Positions 21,673 through 32,914 are shown, counted from the first letter of the stretch. The stretch: 64,000 bases of DNA from an uncultured Verrucomicrobiae bacterium (GCA_963707025.1 CAVPOM010000007.1:288001-352000); one strand, 5' to 3'. Notes: generated by a model not told the origin, from the sequence alone. Made by a program: numbers and translations.

Positions 21673-24330
21673 TTGCAAGCTTTGAACTTTAATGTGGCAA
21701 AAAGTCTGACGGCCCTCGTCGTGGGCCTGGTCCTGGCCGGCCCTGCGTCCGCACCGGCGCAAAGCAAGCAGGAAATCCAGGACTACGGGAGAGCGACCAA
21801 TATGTTGGCCCACCAGATGACCGGAGAGGCGGAACTGGCCTTGAGCAAATTTGTCGCCGACTATACCAACTCCATCTTCCGCACCAACGCCATCCTTGAC
21901 TGGGCGCGCGCCCGGATTGGGTTGTCCAACTATGATGGGGCGCTGGATTTGCTCAAGGCGACGCCGGCGGGCAAACTGGAGCCGGATTTCGTTTATTGGA
22001 CGGCCTGGGCTTATTATGGCAAGAGGGCCTACACCAATGCCATAGAGCGTTGCGCCTATTTGTTGCAAAACTACCTGACCGCCCCGCCGCCCTTGCCCCT
22101 GCGCGCCACTCTGCTCCAGGCGCGGGCGCTGGCCCAATTGTCCAATTGGACGAGCTTGCGGGTTCTTTTGTCCAAGCCCGACGGGGTGTTCCAGGCCGCC
22201 GCCCAGTTCGGACAGAATGACCAGGATGTGGTGGACGGTTATTTCCTGCTGGGGCAGGCCTATTTGAATCAAAAGCAGGACCAGGCGGCGGAGGCGGTCC
22301 TGGGCAAGATCAACACCAATGGCTTGAGGCTGGATTTGAGATGGCAGCGCCAGGATTTGTTGTGCCAGGTTTTTCTGGAGGAGGGGCGGCTGGAGGAAGC
22401 GCTGGTGGGCAGCGCCAATTTGCTCGCCTTCCTCCCCCAGGCCAGCCAGGACCAGCGCATCGCCACGGCGTTTTTGCGGGGGGAAATCTTGGAGCGAACC
22501 CGCCAGATATCCGCGGCGCTGCAATCTTATTCCAATAATCTGGAAAGGGGCTTTCCGACGGAAGTCAAGCGGCAGGCGCTGGGCCAAATGATTGACCTGA
22601 TGCTGCAACAAGACCAGCCATCCAATACCATGCAATGGCTGGACGATTTCATCCAGCAGCGCACCAACGAACCGATCCTGGACCTGGCGCGGTTTCATCT
22701 GGGCGATCTGGAGCTCAAAGCGTATTTTGCTCCCCGCGATCCGGGGAGCAACGGCCCGGCTGCCGCCGACACCAATCTTCTGCTCTCCGCCATCACCAAC
22801 CTGGACCTGGCGGCCAATTCGCACGACGGGGAACTCCCTGGCCGGGCGTGTCTGGACCGCGGCTGGTGCGACTGGGCGCAGGGAAATTTCGCCGGCGCCG
22901 CCTCTCATTTTTCCCAGGCGGTGGCCAAGCTGCCCTTATCCACAAACCAGGCCGTGGCGCTGTTGAAACTGGGCGACGCCTGCTTCCGGCAAGGCGATTA
23001 CGCGGCGGCGGTGACTCATTACAACCGGCTCATCCGGGATTACGCCAGCATGGCGGGGGTGAGCAACGAATTGTTCGACCTCACCCTCTATCAACTCGTG
23101 CAGGCCAACATCAAACTGGGCCGTGAGGAGGCCGCCCGCGCGGCGGCGGAACATATTCTGGATTGGTTTCCCATCAGCGGCTACGGCGAGCAAAGTCTGC
23201 TGCTCATCGGGGAAGATTCGTCCAACCGCAAGACCAACTACCCGGCGGCGCGCGCGGTTTTTCAACGGCTGCTGGAGAAATACCCCGACACGCCGCTGTG
23301 GCCAACCATTCAACTGTACATCGCCCGCACTTACGAGCAGGAAGGCGATTGGACCAGCGCCAGCAACGCCTATGCCAGCCTGGAGGACAACCCCAACTTC
23401 GCCAGCAACGCCCTCCGGCCGCAAGTGGAGTTTTCCATCGCCCTGGCCTGCGGCAAAGCGGGCCTGGAAAGCGAGGCGCTGGCGCGCATGTCGAATGTGG
23501 TGAGCCTGACCAACCAATTTCCCGGCGACACCAACGCGGCGCTGGCCCAGAACTGGATCGGCAATTACCACCTGAACCACGGCAATTATCCGGAGGCCGA
23601 CTACGCCTTCCAGGAGCTGGCCAACCGCAAGACCTTTCCCAAGGCGGGCGACCTGGCCTGGGAAGCCCGGCTGAATGCCGGCCGGGCGGCGCTCCATCAT
23701 CAGGATTTGCTGGGCGCCAGCAACGATTTTTATCTGGTGGCCTTTGACACCAACGCCCCGGGCGGGTATCAAGCCGAGGGCCAGTTCCAGTTGGGCTACA
23801 CCGATTATCAACTATGGCAAAAGGACACGACCAATGAGATCCTGCTCCAGGACGCCATCAAAGCTTTGAAAAGAGTGACCGATGCAGGCCCCTCCAACTT
23901 CATGGCGACAGCGGCATTCGGCGAATTGGGAAATTGTTATCTGGCTTGGGCCGATCTTAATAAATCCAACCTCAACAATTACACCAACGCCATCCACTTC
24001 TATCAAACCTTGTTGCTGGATACCAATGACGCGCCCGCCGATGTCACCGTGCGCAGCCAGGCGGAGTATGGCCTGGGCCTGATCGCCGAGCGCCAGCACC
24101 AGCCCCTGGAAGCATTGCGGCGCTATTGCAATGTGCTCTACGACACCGACACCGCCCATGCCGACCCGTCCTGGGTCCGGGAGGCCGGCGTCAAAGCGGC
24201 GGCGCTCTACGAAGAACTAAAGGACTGGCCCGGCGCCGAAGAAGTCTATCAGCGCGTCCAGGAGGTCGTGCCTTCCCTCCACGACCAGATGCAGAAGAAC
24301 ATTGACCGGATCAAGGCCGCCGGCAATTAG
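21673..24330 (+). CDS. Secreted multi-TPR protein
   Basis: Signal peptide followed by many TPR-like helices (ALLKLGDACFRQGDYAAA etc.); start could be 21673 or 21694. Confidence 0.85.
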   Translation: MQALNFNVAKSLTALVVGLVLAGPASAPAQSKQEIQDYGRATNMLAHQMTGEAELALSKFVADYTNSIFRTNAILDWARARIGLSNYDGALDLLKATPAGKLEPDFVYWTAWAYYGKRAYTNAIERCAYLLQNYLTAPPPLPLRATLLQARALAQLSNWTSLRVLLSKPDGVFQAAAQFGQNDQDVVDGYFLLGQAYLNQKQDQAAEAVLGKINTNGLRLDLRWQRQDLLCQVFLEEGRLEEALVGSANLLAFLPQASQDQRIATAFLRGEILERTRQISAALQSYSNNLERGFPTEVKRQALGQMIDLMLQQDQPSNTMQWLDDFIQQRTNEPILDLARFHLGDLELKAYFAPRDPGSNGPAAADTNLLLSAITNLDLAANSHDGELPGRACLDRGWCDWAQGNFAGAASHFSQAVAKLPLSTNQAVALLKLGDACFRQGDYAAAVTHYNRLIRDYASMAGVSNELFDLTLYQLVQANIKLGREEAARAAAEHILDWFPISGYGEQSLLLIGEDSSNRKTNYPAARAVFQRLLEKYPDTPLWPTIQLYIARTYEQEGDWTSASNAYASLEDNPNFASNALRPQVEFSIALACGKAGLESEALARMSNVVSLTNQFPGDTNAALAQNWIGNYHLNHGNYPEADYAFQELANRKTFPKAGDLAWEARLNAGRAALHHQDLLGASNDFYLVAFDTNAPGGYQAEGQFQLGYTDYQLWQKDTTNEILLQDAIKALKRVTDAGPSNFMATAAFGELGNCYLAWADLNKSNLNNYTNAIHFYQTLLLDTNDAPADVTVRSQAEYGLGLIAERQHQPLEALRRYCNVLYDTDTAHADPSWVREAGVKAAALYEELKDWPGAEEVYQRVQEVVPSLHDQMQKNIDRIKAAGN

Positions 24331-24386
24331 CCGGGGCGCGCCGGCGCGACTTGCGCCCGGCGCAAAAATGAGGCAACATTATTAAG

Positions 24387-24764
24387 ATGATTAACAAGAC
24401 CGATACCGCCGGGGCGGTGGTGAATCTCACGGAAAATGCCGCCGACCAAATCAAGGCCCAACTGGCCGCCGATCCGGCCGGCGGGAGCAAGAGCCTGCGC
24501 ATTTACGTCGAACAAGGCGGCTGCTCCGGCCTGCAGTACGGCATGACTTTTGACGAGAAACGCGACGGCGATCTGACCGCGACTTGCTTCGGCCTGTCCG
24601 TCCTGGTGGATGCCTTCAGCGCCGATTACGTCCGCGGCGCCGTGGTTGATTTTTCCGAGGCGCTGACCGGCGGCGGTTTCAAAATCTCCAACCCCAACGC
24701 CGCGCAAAGTTGCGGCTGCGGCAAATCCTTCGCCACCGAAGCGCCCCCGGCCGCTCACTCCTGA
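24387..24764 (+). CDS. HesB/IscA/ErpA family A-type Fe-S carrier
   Basis: GGCSGLQY and NPNA..SCGCGKSF motifs. Confidence 0.93.
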   Translation: MINKTDTAGAVVNLTENAADQIKAQLAADPAGGSKSLRIYVEQGGCSGLQYGMTFDEKRDGDLTATCFGLSVLVDAFSADYVRGAVVDFSEALTGGGFKISNPNAAQSCGCGKSFATEAPPAAHS

Positions 24765-24876
24765 CTGCCGGTGGCGGCGGTCCAGGACCGCGGCAAATCA
24801 AAAAGAAACACGGAAGACCGGCGGTCACAGAGGGCCGCTGCAATCTTCGCGCGAGCCGGGCGCAAGAGGCCGGCCG

Positions 24877-25320
24877 TCATGGCCCGGCGCCCGCCCGGCG
24901 AAGCTCGGCGCACCATGCTTCAATCTTGGCCCGGATCTGGTCGCGCACGGCGCGGGTTTTTTCCAAGGCTCCTTGGCGCGTCCCGGCAAACGCCGATGGG
25001 TCTGGAAAACTCCAATGCAGCCGCTGGGTCACGCCAGGGAAGACAGGACACCGTTCGGCGCTGGCCTCGTCGCAAACCGTGATGACGAAGGCGAACATCC
25101 GGCCGGATTTGAACATGTCGAAGACCGACTTGGTTTGGCTGCGGGAAATATCCAGGCCCGCCTCGCGCATCACCTCGACGGCCAGCGGATTGAGTTTGCC
25201 CGGCTCGAACCCGGCGCTGTGCCCTTCAAATTCCTCCGGGCAAATTTGATTGAGAAAGGCCTCGGCCATCTGGCTGCGGGCGCTGTTATGGATGCAAACA
25301 AACAGGACTTTCTTTTTCAT
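24877..25320 (-). CDS. arsC: Arsenate reductase, LMW-PTP/thioredoxin type
   Basis: CIHNSARSQMAE, VITVC..CP and HWSFPDP motifs; adjacent to acr3. Confidence 0.9.
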   Translation of the reverse strand: MKKKVLFVCIHNSARSQMAEAFLNQICPEEFEGHSAGFEPGKLNPLAVEVMREAGLDISRSQTKSVFDMFKSGRMFAFVITVCDEASAERCPVFPGVTQRLHWSFPDPSAFAGTRQGALEKTRAVRDQIRAKIEAWCAELRRAGAGP

Positions 25321-25336
25321 GGGTTGGTTCTTTCAT

Positions 25337-26430
25337 TTAATTGGGCGCCACCCTGATCTCCGGGCGCTGGTCCGCGGCGGCAAACCAATGCCGCGTGCGG
25401 TTGCAGAACGCGCAAACCGAAAGCATCACCGGCACTTCCACCAGCACACCGACGACGGTGGCCAGCGCCGCGCCGGAGGCAGGCCCGAACAGCGTGATGG
25501 CCACTGCCACGGCGAGTTCAAAAAAGTTGCTGGCGCCGATGAGCGCTCCGGGCGAGGCGATATTGTGGGGCACGCGCAGGCGGCGCATGAGCAGGTAGGC
25601 CAGGGCGGCGTTGCCATAAACCTGGAGGATGATCGGCACGGCAATCAAGAGCACGGCCAGCCAGCGTTGCAGGAGATTGGCCGACTGGAAGGCGAAGATC
25701 AGAACCAGCGTCAGGAGCAACGCCCCGATCATCACCGGATGAAATCCGGGAGAAAACTCCTCTCCAGCCACTCCTTGCCGCGCGACTTGAGCAAGGCCGC
25801 GCGGGTCAGCCAGCCCGCCGTCAGCGGCGTCACGATGAACACCAGCACCGAAGTAATCAGCACCTTGGGCGGAACCACCACGTGGGCCACGCCGCAGAGG
25901 AACATGACGATGGGCGCGAACGCCACCAGCATGATCAAATCATTCACCGCCACCTGAACCAGCGTATAGACGGGGTCGCCATCCGTCAGATAGGACCAGA
26001 CAAACACCATGGCCGTGCAGGGTGCCGCGGCGAGAATGATGAGGCCGGCGGTGTATTCTTTGGCCAGCTCCGGGGGGATCCACGCGGCGAACAGATGCCG
26101 CAGGAACAGCCAGGCCAGCAGCGCCATGCTGAACGGCTTGACCACCCAGTTGACCAACAACGTCACCATCAGACCCTTGGGCTTGCCGGCCATGGCGCCG
26201 ATGGCGCTGAAGTCCACCTTCAGCATCATCGGATAAATCATGAGCCACAATAGGACGCCGATGGGCACGTTGACCCGGGAGTCTTGCCCGAACTCCATCC
26301 GGCTCAGGCGGGAGGTGAGGCCCGGCAACAGTTTGCCCACGGCCACCCCCGCGACCATGCAGGCCAAGACCCACACCGTGAGGTATCGCTCGAAGAAACC
26401 CGGCCGTTTGGCTGGAATGGCTTGGCTCAT
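25337..26430 (-). pseudogene. acr3: Acr3 arsenite efflux transporter, frameshifted near 25748 (possible sequencing error)
   Basis: FFERYLTVWV, MIYPMM and AAPCTAMVFVW in the 5' ORF; ASNFFELAVAVA and GVLVEVPVML in the 3' ORF. Confidence 0.85.
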
Positions 26431-26557
26431 GCTCTAATTCTGACCGGGCGTCTTTGGCAAACACACCCCTGGCCCCGGGGCCAGGCCGGCAGCATGCGCG
26501 CGCGGCCCGGATCGGACAAGGCCCTGCCCGCGGCCCGGAGCGCCCGCATATCTACAT

Positions 26558-26573
26558 TTCGCCAAATAGCGAA
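26558..26573. promoter_or_regulatory. Candidate ArsR-type operator
   Basis: TTCGC-caaata-GCGAA inverted repeat in an AT-rich patch upstream of acr3. Confidence 0.4.
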
Positions 26574-26666
26574 CTAACAATCGCCTATTCCCTGCGATTG
26601 CGCAACCCCTGTTTTGCAATTCGGGTTGCGCGGCGCGTGCCGGCGGGGTATGCCGTCATCATCCTG

Positions 26667-26996
26667 ATGAAAATCGGGGTGTTCAGCGCCGGGGGCATGA
26701 GCACCAATTTCCCCGCCAACTACCCGGCCCCGGGCGAAAAAGCCAACCAGCAACCGCGCCTCCTCTGGCTCAGTTGCGGCAGCGAAGACCGGTTGGTCAG
26801 GATCAATCGGAATCTGAGCGACTGGCTCACCGCCCGGGGCGTGCGGCACACCTGGGAGGAAACTCCGGGCGCGCATACCTACCAGGTCTGGCGGCGCGAT
26901 TTGGCCGGGTTTGCGCCCCTGCTGTTCCAGGCCAAAAAGCAGCGTGTTCCTTGTGCCGCGCTTTCCAGGCTGGCAACTTGGCTGTCTTGGGTCTAG
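26667..26996 (+). pseudogene. 5'-truncated CE1-like esterase remnant
   Basis: IGVFSAG..LLWLSCGSED..GAHTYQVWRRDL..FAPLLF C-terminal half only; no GxSxG nucleophile. Confidence 0.7.
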
Positions 26997-27011
26997 TGTG
27001 CTCGCGGTGAT

Positions 27012-27785
27012 ATGACGACTCTGGCAAAACAACTGGCGCGGGATTGGTTCGGGGGCTTGGGGCGGGGGACGCTGCTGTGCCGGGACATCGCGGCCTCGCT
27101 GTTCAAGGTCAAGCCGGTCGGGCGCGATGTTGTTTACCAGATGTACTCCATCGGCGTCAAATCCCAGTCCGTCGTGATCATCACCGGCATGTTCACCGGC
27201 ATGGTGTTGTGCGCCCAGACTTATTTCCAGTTTCACCGGGTGAAAATGGACAGCCTGACGCTGGCGGTGGTGAGCGTCTCCATGGGCAGCGAACTGGGCC
27301 CGGTGCTCACCGGCTTGATGGTCGCCGGACGGGTCGGCGCCGCCATCGCGGCGGAAATCGGCACCATGCGCGTGACCGAACAAATAGACGCCCTGCGCAC
27401 CCTGGCGGCCCATCCGGTGGATTACCTGGTCGTCCCCCGTTTTCTGGGCATGTTCCTCACCATGCCCTTGCTCACGGTCGAATCCATCGCCCTGGGCATT
27501 GGGGCGGCCTATCTGGTGGCGTCCTTTCTTCTCGGCATCAATCAAGCCGCCGCCTGGCACCAGATGGTCCACCATACCGACGTGATTGACATGCTGACTG
27601 GCATCATCAAGACCTTTGTCTTTGGCGGCGTCATCGCGGTGATCGCCTGTTACAAGGGGTTGACCTGTCCCCAGGGCGCCGAAGGGGTGGGCCATGCCAC
27701 CACCGGGGCGGTGGTGTATTCCTCGATCGTCATCCTCATCTCGAATTTTTTCCTGACCATGCTCCTCAACACCCTGCTGCGATGA
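27012..27785 (+). CDS. mlaE: MlaE family ABC permease
   Basis: ELGPVLTGLMVAGRVGAAIAAEIGTMRVTEQIDAL signature. Confidence 0.92.
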   Translation: MTTLAKQLARDWFGGLGRGTLLCRDIAASLFKVKPVGRDVVYQMYSIGVKSQSVVIITGMFTGMVLCAQTYFQFHRVKMDSLTLAVVSVSMGSELGPVLTGLMVAGRVGAAIAAEIGTMRVTEQIDALRTLAAHPVDYLVVPRFLGMFLTMPLLTVESIALGIGAAYLVASFLLGINQAAAWHQMVHHTDVIDMLTGIIKTFVFGGVIAVIACYKGLTCPQGAEGVGHATTGAVVYSSIVILISNFFLTMLLNTLLR

Positions 27786-28537
27786 TGATTGAAGTCCGCC
27801 ATCTGCAAAAAAGCTTCGGGGCGCTGCGCGTCCTGGAGGGAGTGGATTTCTCCATCGCCAAAGGGCAGGCGGTGACCATCATCGGGGTGAGCGGCGGGGG
27901 CAAGAGTATTCTGCTCAAGCTGCTCATCGGCCTCATCACCCCCGACGCCGGGGAAATCCACATCGAGGGCCAGAACATCGCCGGGATGGACGAGCGCCAG
28001 TTGCTCCAAGTCCGCCGCAAATTCGGCATGCTCTTCCAGGGCGCGGCCCTGTTCGACTCCCTCAGCGTGGAGGACAATGTCAACTTCCTCCTCCGCCGTG
28101 AGGGCCGGACGCCGCCGGAGGAGATTTCCCGGCGCGTGGCCGAAGTGCTGGAATTGGTCGGGCTGGAGGGCACGCAAAAGAAGATGCCCGCCGAACTGTC
28201 CGGCGGCATGCGCAAGCGCGTCGGCCTGGCCCGCGCGGTGGTTTACCGACCCGAAATCGTCCTCTACGACGAGCCGACCACCGGGCTGGACCCGATCGCG
28301 GCCGACAGCATTGACCAGTTGATCAGCCGGGTGGTCGAGACCTTTCACATCACTTCCATCGCCGTCACCCACGACATGCGGAGCGCGCGCCGCATCAGCC
28401 GGCGCATTTTGATGCTGCACGAGGGCCGCATTTACGCCGACCAAACCCCGGATGAAATTTTTAAATCCGATGATCCGGTCATCCGCCGGTTCGTCAATGG
28501 CATCGCCGAACCCATTGGAAAACAAACCCTAGTATGA
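27782..28537 (+). CDS. mlaF: MlaF family ABC ATPase
   Basis: GVSGGGKS, LSGGMRKR, LYDEPTTGLDP. Confidence 0.92.
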   Translation: MMIEVRHLQKSFGALRVLEGVDFSIAKGQAVTIIGVSGGGKSILLKLLIGLITPDAGEIHIEGQNIAGMDERQLLQVRRKFGMLFQGAALFDSLSVEDNVNFLLRREGRTPPEEISRRVAEVLELVGLEGTQKKMPAELSGGMRKRVGLARAVVYRPEIVLYDEPTTGLDPIAADSIDQLISRVVETFHITSIAVTHDMRSARRISRRILMLHEGRIYADQTPDEIFKSDDPVIRRFVNGIAEPIGKQTLV

Positions 28538-29562
28538 ACGACACACGCTTTGCATGGAAGGTTGGGCTTTTTGTCGCTGTTGGCCTGCTGCTGGGGGCCC
28601 TGCTCATCCTCAACTTCAGCAAGGGCCCCATGGTCTTCCACCACACTTACAAACTCCACGTCGTCCTGCCGACGGTGGCGGGCTTGAAGACGTCGGCCGA
28701 TGTGATGATGGCCGGTGTGCCGATCGGCAAGGTTATCGCCACCGACCTGAGCCTGGACGGCCGGTCGGTGGACATCACGGTGGAGGTCCTGGCCAAGTAT
28801 CAAATTCGCCAGAGCGCGAGTTTTCATATTGACCAGCTCGGCTTTCTCGGCGATCCCTATATAGAAGTGACCCCGGCGGCGGAGGCGGCCGGCCAGGCCG
28901 GGCCGTATTTGACCAACGGGGCGAGCGTCATGGGCGAGGCCCCGTTCAACATGCAGGAGGCGGTGCGTTCCATTTCCGGTCTGGTGGATCAAGGACAGAA
29001 GACCATGAAGGACCTCGACAAGGCGATCAACAGCGTCAATAATTCCATATTGGATGCCGTAACCTTGACCAATTTCGTGGCCACCATGACCAATTTTGAG
29101 TCGGTGACCGCCGACGCCGCCAGCATGGCCAAGCAGATCCGTGGCATGCTCGATGCCAATCTTCCCGCCGTCCACGCCGCCGTGACCAACTTCGCCACTC
29201 TGGCCCGGAAGCTGGATGACATGGCCGACAAACTGGACCGCACCATCTCGACCAACACCGGCGACGTGACCGAAGCGGTGAAAAACATCAAAGCCGCCTC
29301 CGCCTCCCTGCAACACCTGGCCGACGGCCTCCAAGCCGGGCAGGGCCTGGCCGGGAGTCTGTTGAAAGACGAAAAGATGAGGGGGGATTTCGCGACCTTG
29401 ATCACCAACCTCAGCGGCATGGCGGAGCAATTCGGCCGGTTTGGCCGCGGCCTCAACGAACACGGGCTGTGGTGGCATTTATGGAACCCCAAACCAACGC
29501 CCACCAACGCGCCGGCGCGCCACTCGCCCGGACCATCGCCCGGCAACGCGCCCGCGCGCTGA
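28534..29562 (+). CDS. mlaD: MlaD/MCE family protein with long helical extension
   Basis: N-terminal TM, GL..S.DV.MAGV.IGKV, GFLGDPYIE; operon context. Confidence 0.85.
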   Translation: MNDTRFAWKVGLFVAVGLLLGALLILNFSKGPMVFHHTYKLHVVLPTVAGLKTSADVMMAGVPIGKVIATDLSLDGRSVDITVEVLAKYQIRQSASFHIDQLGFLGDPYIEVTPAAEAAGQAGPYLTNGASVMGEAPFNMQEAVRSISGLVDQGQKTMKDLDKAINSVNNSILDAVTLTNFVATMTNFESVTADAASMAKQIRGMLDANLPAVHAAVTNFATLARKLDDMADKLDRTISTNTGDVTEAVKNIKAASASLQHLADGLQAGQGLAGSLLKDEKMRGDFATLITNLSGMAEQFGRFGRGLNEHGLWWHLWNPKPTPTNAPARHSPGPSPGNAPAR

Positions 29563-29593
29563 TGCCCCCAACCACCTCCCCACCACCGTTATT

Positions 29594-30642
29594 ATGCGAC
29601 CAATTCGGGTCATTCGGAGTTTGTTTTTGGTCCTCTGCATCCTGGGCGGCTACGCCATCAGCCAGTTGCGGACGGACCTGATCAGCACCGTGCAGTTGGG
29701 CTCGCACACGATCAGCGGGGCCTGGCTGGGCGCGGTCATCGGCTTCGGGTTTGGCGGACTGCTCATTGCCATTGACGAAATGCTCAAGGGCTTCTCCCTG
29801 CGCGCGTTCTCCGCCGCCACCTTCGGGCTGATTCTGGGCACGGTCATTGCCGTGATGGTGGACCGATCCGGCCTGTTCGAATTCTCCGACCCAAAAACGG
29901 CCCAGCGCCAGATCATCCGGATTTGTTTGTTTGTCGGCTTCAGTTACATCGGCATGGTCCTGGCCATGCGCAGCAACAAGGAGGATTTCTCCCTTATCAT
30001 CCCCTATGTCCGCTTCGCCTCCCAGAGCAAGCCGGAAAACCTGCTTATTCTGGACACCAGCGTTATCATTGACGGACGCATCGCCGACCTGATAGACGCC
30101 AATTTTCTGGAAGGGACGATCGTGGTGCCCCGTTTCGTCCTGCACGAACTGCAAAAGATAGCCGATTCCAACGACCCGATCATCCGCGCGCGCGGGCGGC
30201 GCGGCCTGGAAATGCTCACCCGCCTGCAGCAAAACAAGCGCAACGAAGTCAAAATCCACGACGCCGATTTCCCCGAGGAAACGGAGGTGGACGCCAAATT
30301 GGTCCGCCTGGCCCGGCCCTCGGGGCCAAGCTCTTCACCAATGACTACAACCTGGGCAAAGTGGCCGAACTCCAAAACGTCCCCCATTTCAATCTCAACG
30401 CGCTGGCCACCGCCCTCAAGCCCGTCATTCTGCCGGGGGAGAATTTCACCCTGCGGGTGGTGCGCGAGGGCAAGGACAAGGGCCAGGGCATCGGCTACCT
30501 CAACGACGGCACCATGGTCGTGATCAACCAAGCCCAGCCCCTCATTGGCCAGCAAGTCAGCGTCAAAGTCCTGAGCCTGCTCCAAACCGGCGCCGGCGTC
30601 ATCATCTTCGCCGATCTCCAGCCCCCCGCCCAGGCCAAGTAA
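29594..30642 (+). pseudogene. PIN/TRAM domain membrane protein (YacL-like), frameshifted near 30316
   Basis: LDTSVIIDGRI, RGRRGL, EVDAKL in one frame, then TNDYNL..GIGYLNDGTMVV in another. Confidence 0.85.
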
Positions 30643-30714
30643 GGCGGTGGAATTAAGCATTCAGCAATTTCACTATTCCTTGAGTTTTCCGCCGCCCGAT
30701 GGCAAGTTGCTGCC

Positions 30715-30921
30715 ATGGAATTTGTCACCGTTTACACTGCTTTGAACCTCGCCGACGCGGAACTCATCCGCGGCCGCCTGGAATCCGCCGACTTTACTGT
30801 CAATGTGAAGAATGAAGATGCCGTGCTGGGGACTGAAGGCGGCGTTTTGCTGCAGGTCCCCGAGGAGGAGGCGGCCGAGGCGCGGACCTTGCTGAACTAC
30901 CAGAATCCGGCCAATCCGTGA
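30715..30921 (+). CDS. DUF2007-like small protein
   Basis: AELIRGRLESA..VLLQVPEEEAAEARTLL pattern. Confidence 0.7.
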   Translation: MEFVTVYTALNLADAELIRGRLESADFTVNVKNEDAVLGTEGGVLLQVPEEEAAEARTLLNYQNPANP

Positions 30922-32297
30922 ATTCACCCTGGCAAGGCCCCCTGCGGCAGTTGCAAAAGCTCCTGCCGCCGGGCGATCTCCGTTGCGACGCCGCGTCGCG
31001 CCAGGCCCATGCCGGCGACAAATGGTTTGCCTCCCGCCTGCCCGACGCGGTGGCCTTGCCGCGCCGCGCCGATTCGGTCGCGCTCCTCCTGCGCTTCGCC
31101 AGCCGCCACCGCATCCCCGTCACCGCCCGCGGGTCGGGCTTCGGCTACGTGGGCGGCTGCGTGCCGGCGCGCGGCGGCATTGTCCTGTCCCTGGCCCGCA
31201 TGAACCGCATCCGGGAGATTCACACCGGCGATTTTGTCGCGGTGGTCCAGCCCGGGGTCATCCTGCAAACCTTGCAGGAAGCGGTGGAGAGAAAGGGTCT
31301 CTACTATCCGCCCGATCCGGCCAGCCGCGCCGATTGCACCCTGGGCGGCAACATCGCCACCAACGCCGGCGGCCCCCGCTGCCTCAAATACGGCGTCACC
31401 CGCGATTTTGTCCTCGGTTTGGAAGTCGTCCTGGCCGGCGGCGCCATCGTCCGGGTGGGCGGACGCACCCATAAAAACAAATCCGGGTTCGATCTCACCG
31501 GCTTGTTTGTCGGTTCGGAAGGCCTGCTCGGGGTGGTGACGGAAGCGACCTTGAAACTGCTGCCGCTGCCACCGTTCCAGGCGCTGCTGGTCGCGGGGTA
31601 TGATGACATGGCCGCGGCCGCCCGCGCCATCCGCGCCGTTTTTGCGGCCGGCTTTTTGCCTTCCGCCCTGGAAGTCGCCGATCAATTCACTTTGGCCGCG
31701 GCCCGCCGGCGGACCGGCAGCCAACGGCTGGACGGCTTGCGCGCCATGATCATGGTGGAATTGGATGGCCAGGAGAAGTCGGTCCGCGGCGAAATCCCCG
31801 CCCTGGAAAAACTGCTCCGCGCCCGCCGGCCCAGGCTCCTCCGGCGCGCTTATGGGCGCGCGCGATGCGAGGACCTTTGGCAGTTGCGCCGCGAATTCTC
31901 CTTCTCCCTGCGCGACACCGGGCTGATCAAGCTCAACCAGGACATCGTGGTCCCGCGGGGCCGGCTGGAAGACCTCTTTGCCTTCACCGCCCGCCTCCAA
32001 AAGAAATCCGGCCTGCCCCTCGCCTGCTTCGGCCACGCGGGCGACGGCAACATCCATGTCAACCTCATGTATGACCCAAGCTGGCCGCGCGCCCAGTCCC
32101 GCAGCCGGGCTGTGCAGGACGAATTGTTCCGGCAGGTGGTGGCGTGGGGTGGGGCCATCACCGGCGAGCACGGCATTGGCCTGGCCAAAAAGCCGTGGTG
32201 GACCCTGGCCGCGTCCCCGGCGCTGCGCTTGCTGCACCGGCGGATCAAGAAAAGCCTGGATCCAAAGCGTGTTTTGAATCCAGGCAAGTTCGTTTGA
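30918..32297 (+). CDS. FAD-linked oxidase, GlcD/D-lactate dehydrogenase family
   Basis: YPPDPAS, GGNIATNAGG, GSEGLLG, GHAGDGNIH, GEHGIG, LNPGK. Confidence 0.9.
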   Translation: MNSPWQGPLRQLQKLLPPGDLRCDAASRQAHAGDKWFASRLPDAVALPRRADSVALLLRFASRHRIPVTARGSGFGYVGGCVPARGGIVLSLARMNRIREIHTGDFVAVVQPGVILQTLQEAVERKGLYYPPDPASRADCTLGGNIATNAGGPRCLKYGVTRDFVLGLEVVLAGGAIVRVGGRTHKNKSGFDLTGLFVGSEGLLGVVTEATLKLLPLPPFQALLVAGYDDMAAAARAIRAVFAAGFLPSALEVADQFTLAAARRRTGSQRLDGLRAMIMVELDGQEKSVRGEIPALEKLLRARRPRLLRRAYGRARCEDLWQLRREFSFSLRDTGLIKLNQDIVVPRGRLEDLFAFTARLQKKSGLPLACFGHAGDGNIHVNLMYDPSWPRAQSRSRAVQDELFRQVVAWGGAITGEHGIGLAKKPWWTLAASPALRLLHRRIKKSLDPKRVLNPGKFV

Positions 32298-32350
32298 GCA
32301 GACGGGCGCGTGCCTCCGCCGGCGCGGAGGTTCAGAGATTTGACGAAAAA

Positions 32351-32719
32351 TCAGCGATACCCGCCGCCGCCGCCGCCGCCGCCCCGCCGGTCTCCCCCCC
32401 CGCCGCGATACCCGCCGCCGCCCCCGCCACGATAGCCGCCGCCGCCGCCGCCGCCGCCGGGAGGACGTTCTTCACGAGGCCGGGCTTCATTGACGGTCAA
32501 GGGGCGACCCTGAAAGTCTTTGGAGTGGAACATTTGGATCGCCTTTTCCGCGTCTTCCTTGGAAGACATTTCGATGAAGGCAAAACCGCGGGAACGCCCC
32601 GTCATCCGGTCTTGCATGATGTTAACCGACACCACAACGCCCGCTTGCGCGAAATGATCTTGCAAGTCGTTTTCTGTGGCCGTGAAGGTTAGATTACCGA
32701 CGAATAGTTTTGCTGACAT
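32351..32719 (-). CDS. RRM RNA-binding protein with Gly-rich tail
   Basis: LFVGNL (RNP2), RGFAFIEM (RNP1), GGGGYRGG tail. Confidence 0.95.
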   Translation of the reverse strand: MSAKLFVGNLTFTATENDLQDHFAQAGVVVSVNIMQDRMTGRSRGFAFIEMSSKEDAEKAIQMFHSKDFQGRPLTVNEARPREERPPGGGGGGGGYRGGGGGGYRGGGGDRRGGGGGGGGYR

Positions 32720-32914
32720 ATGACTTTACTGTTTACCCATTTCAGTGTGTGTCGCGCGGTTCCCCGTGCAGGGCATTATTAAACCGAACGTTCGGCTTCG
32801 GGCTATAAGCTGAATGGCGCGACCTTAAGAACAATCCCGCTGTTTAGCAACCAAAAAATGGCCGCAAAACAAACCATTAGAGCCTGTTGAATCATTAGCC
32901 ATCAATTTGGGGCC

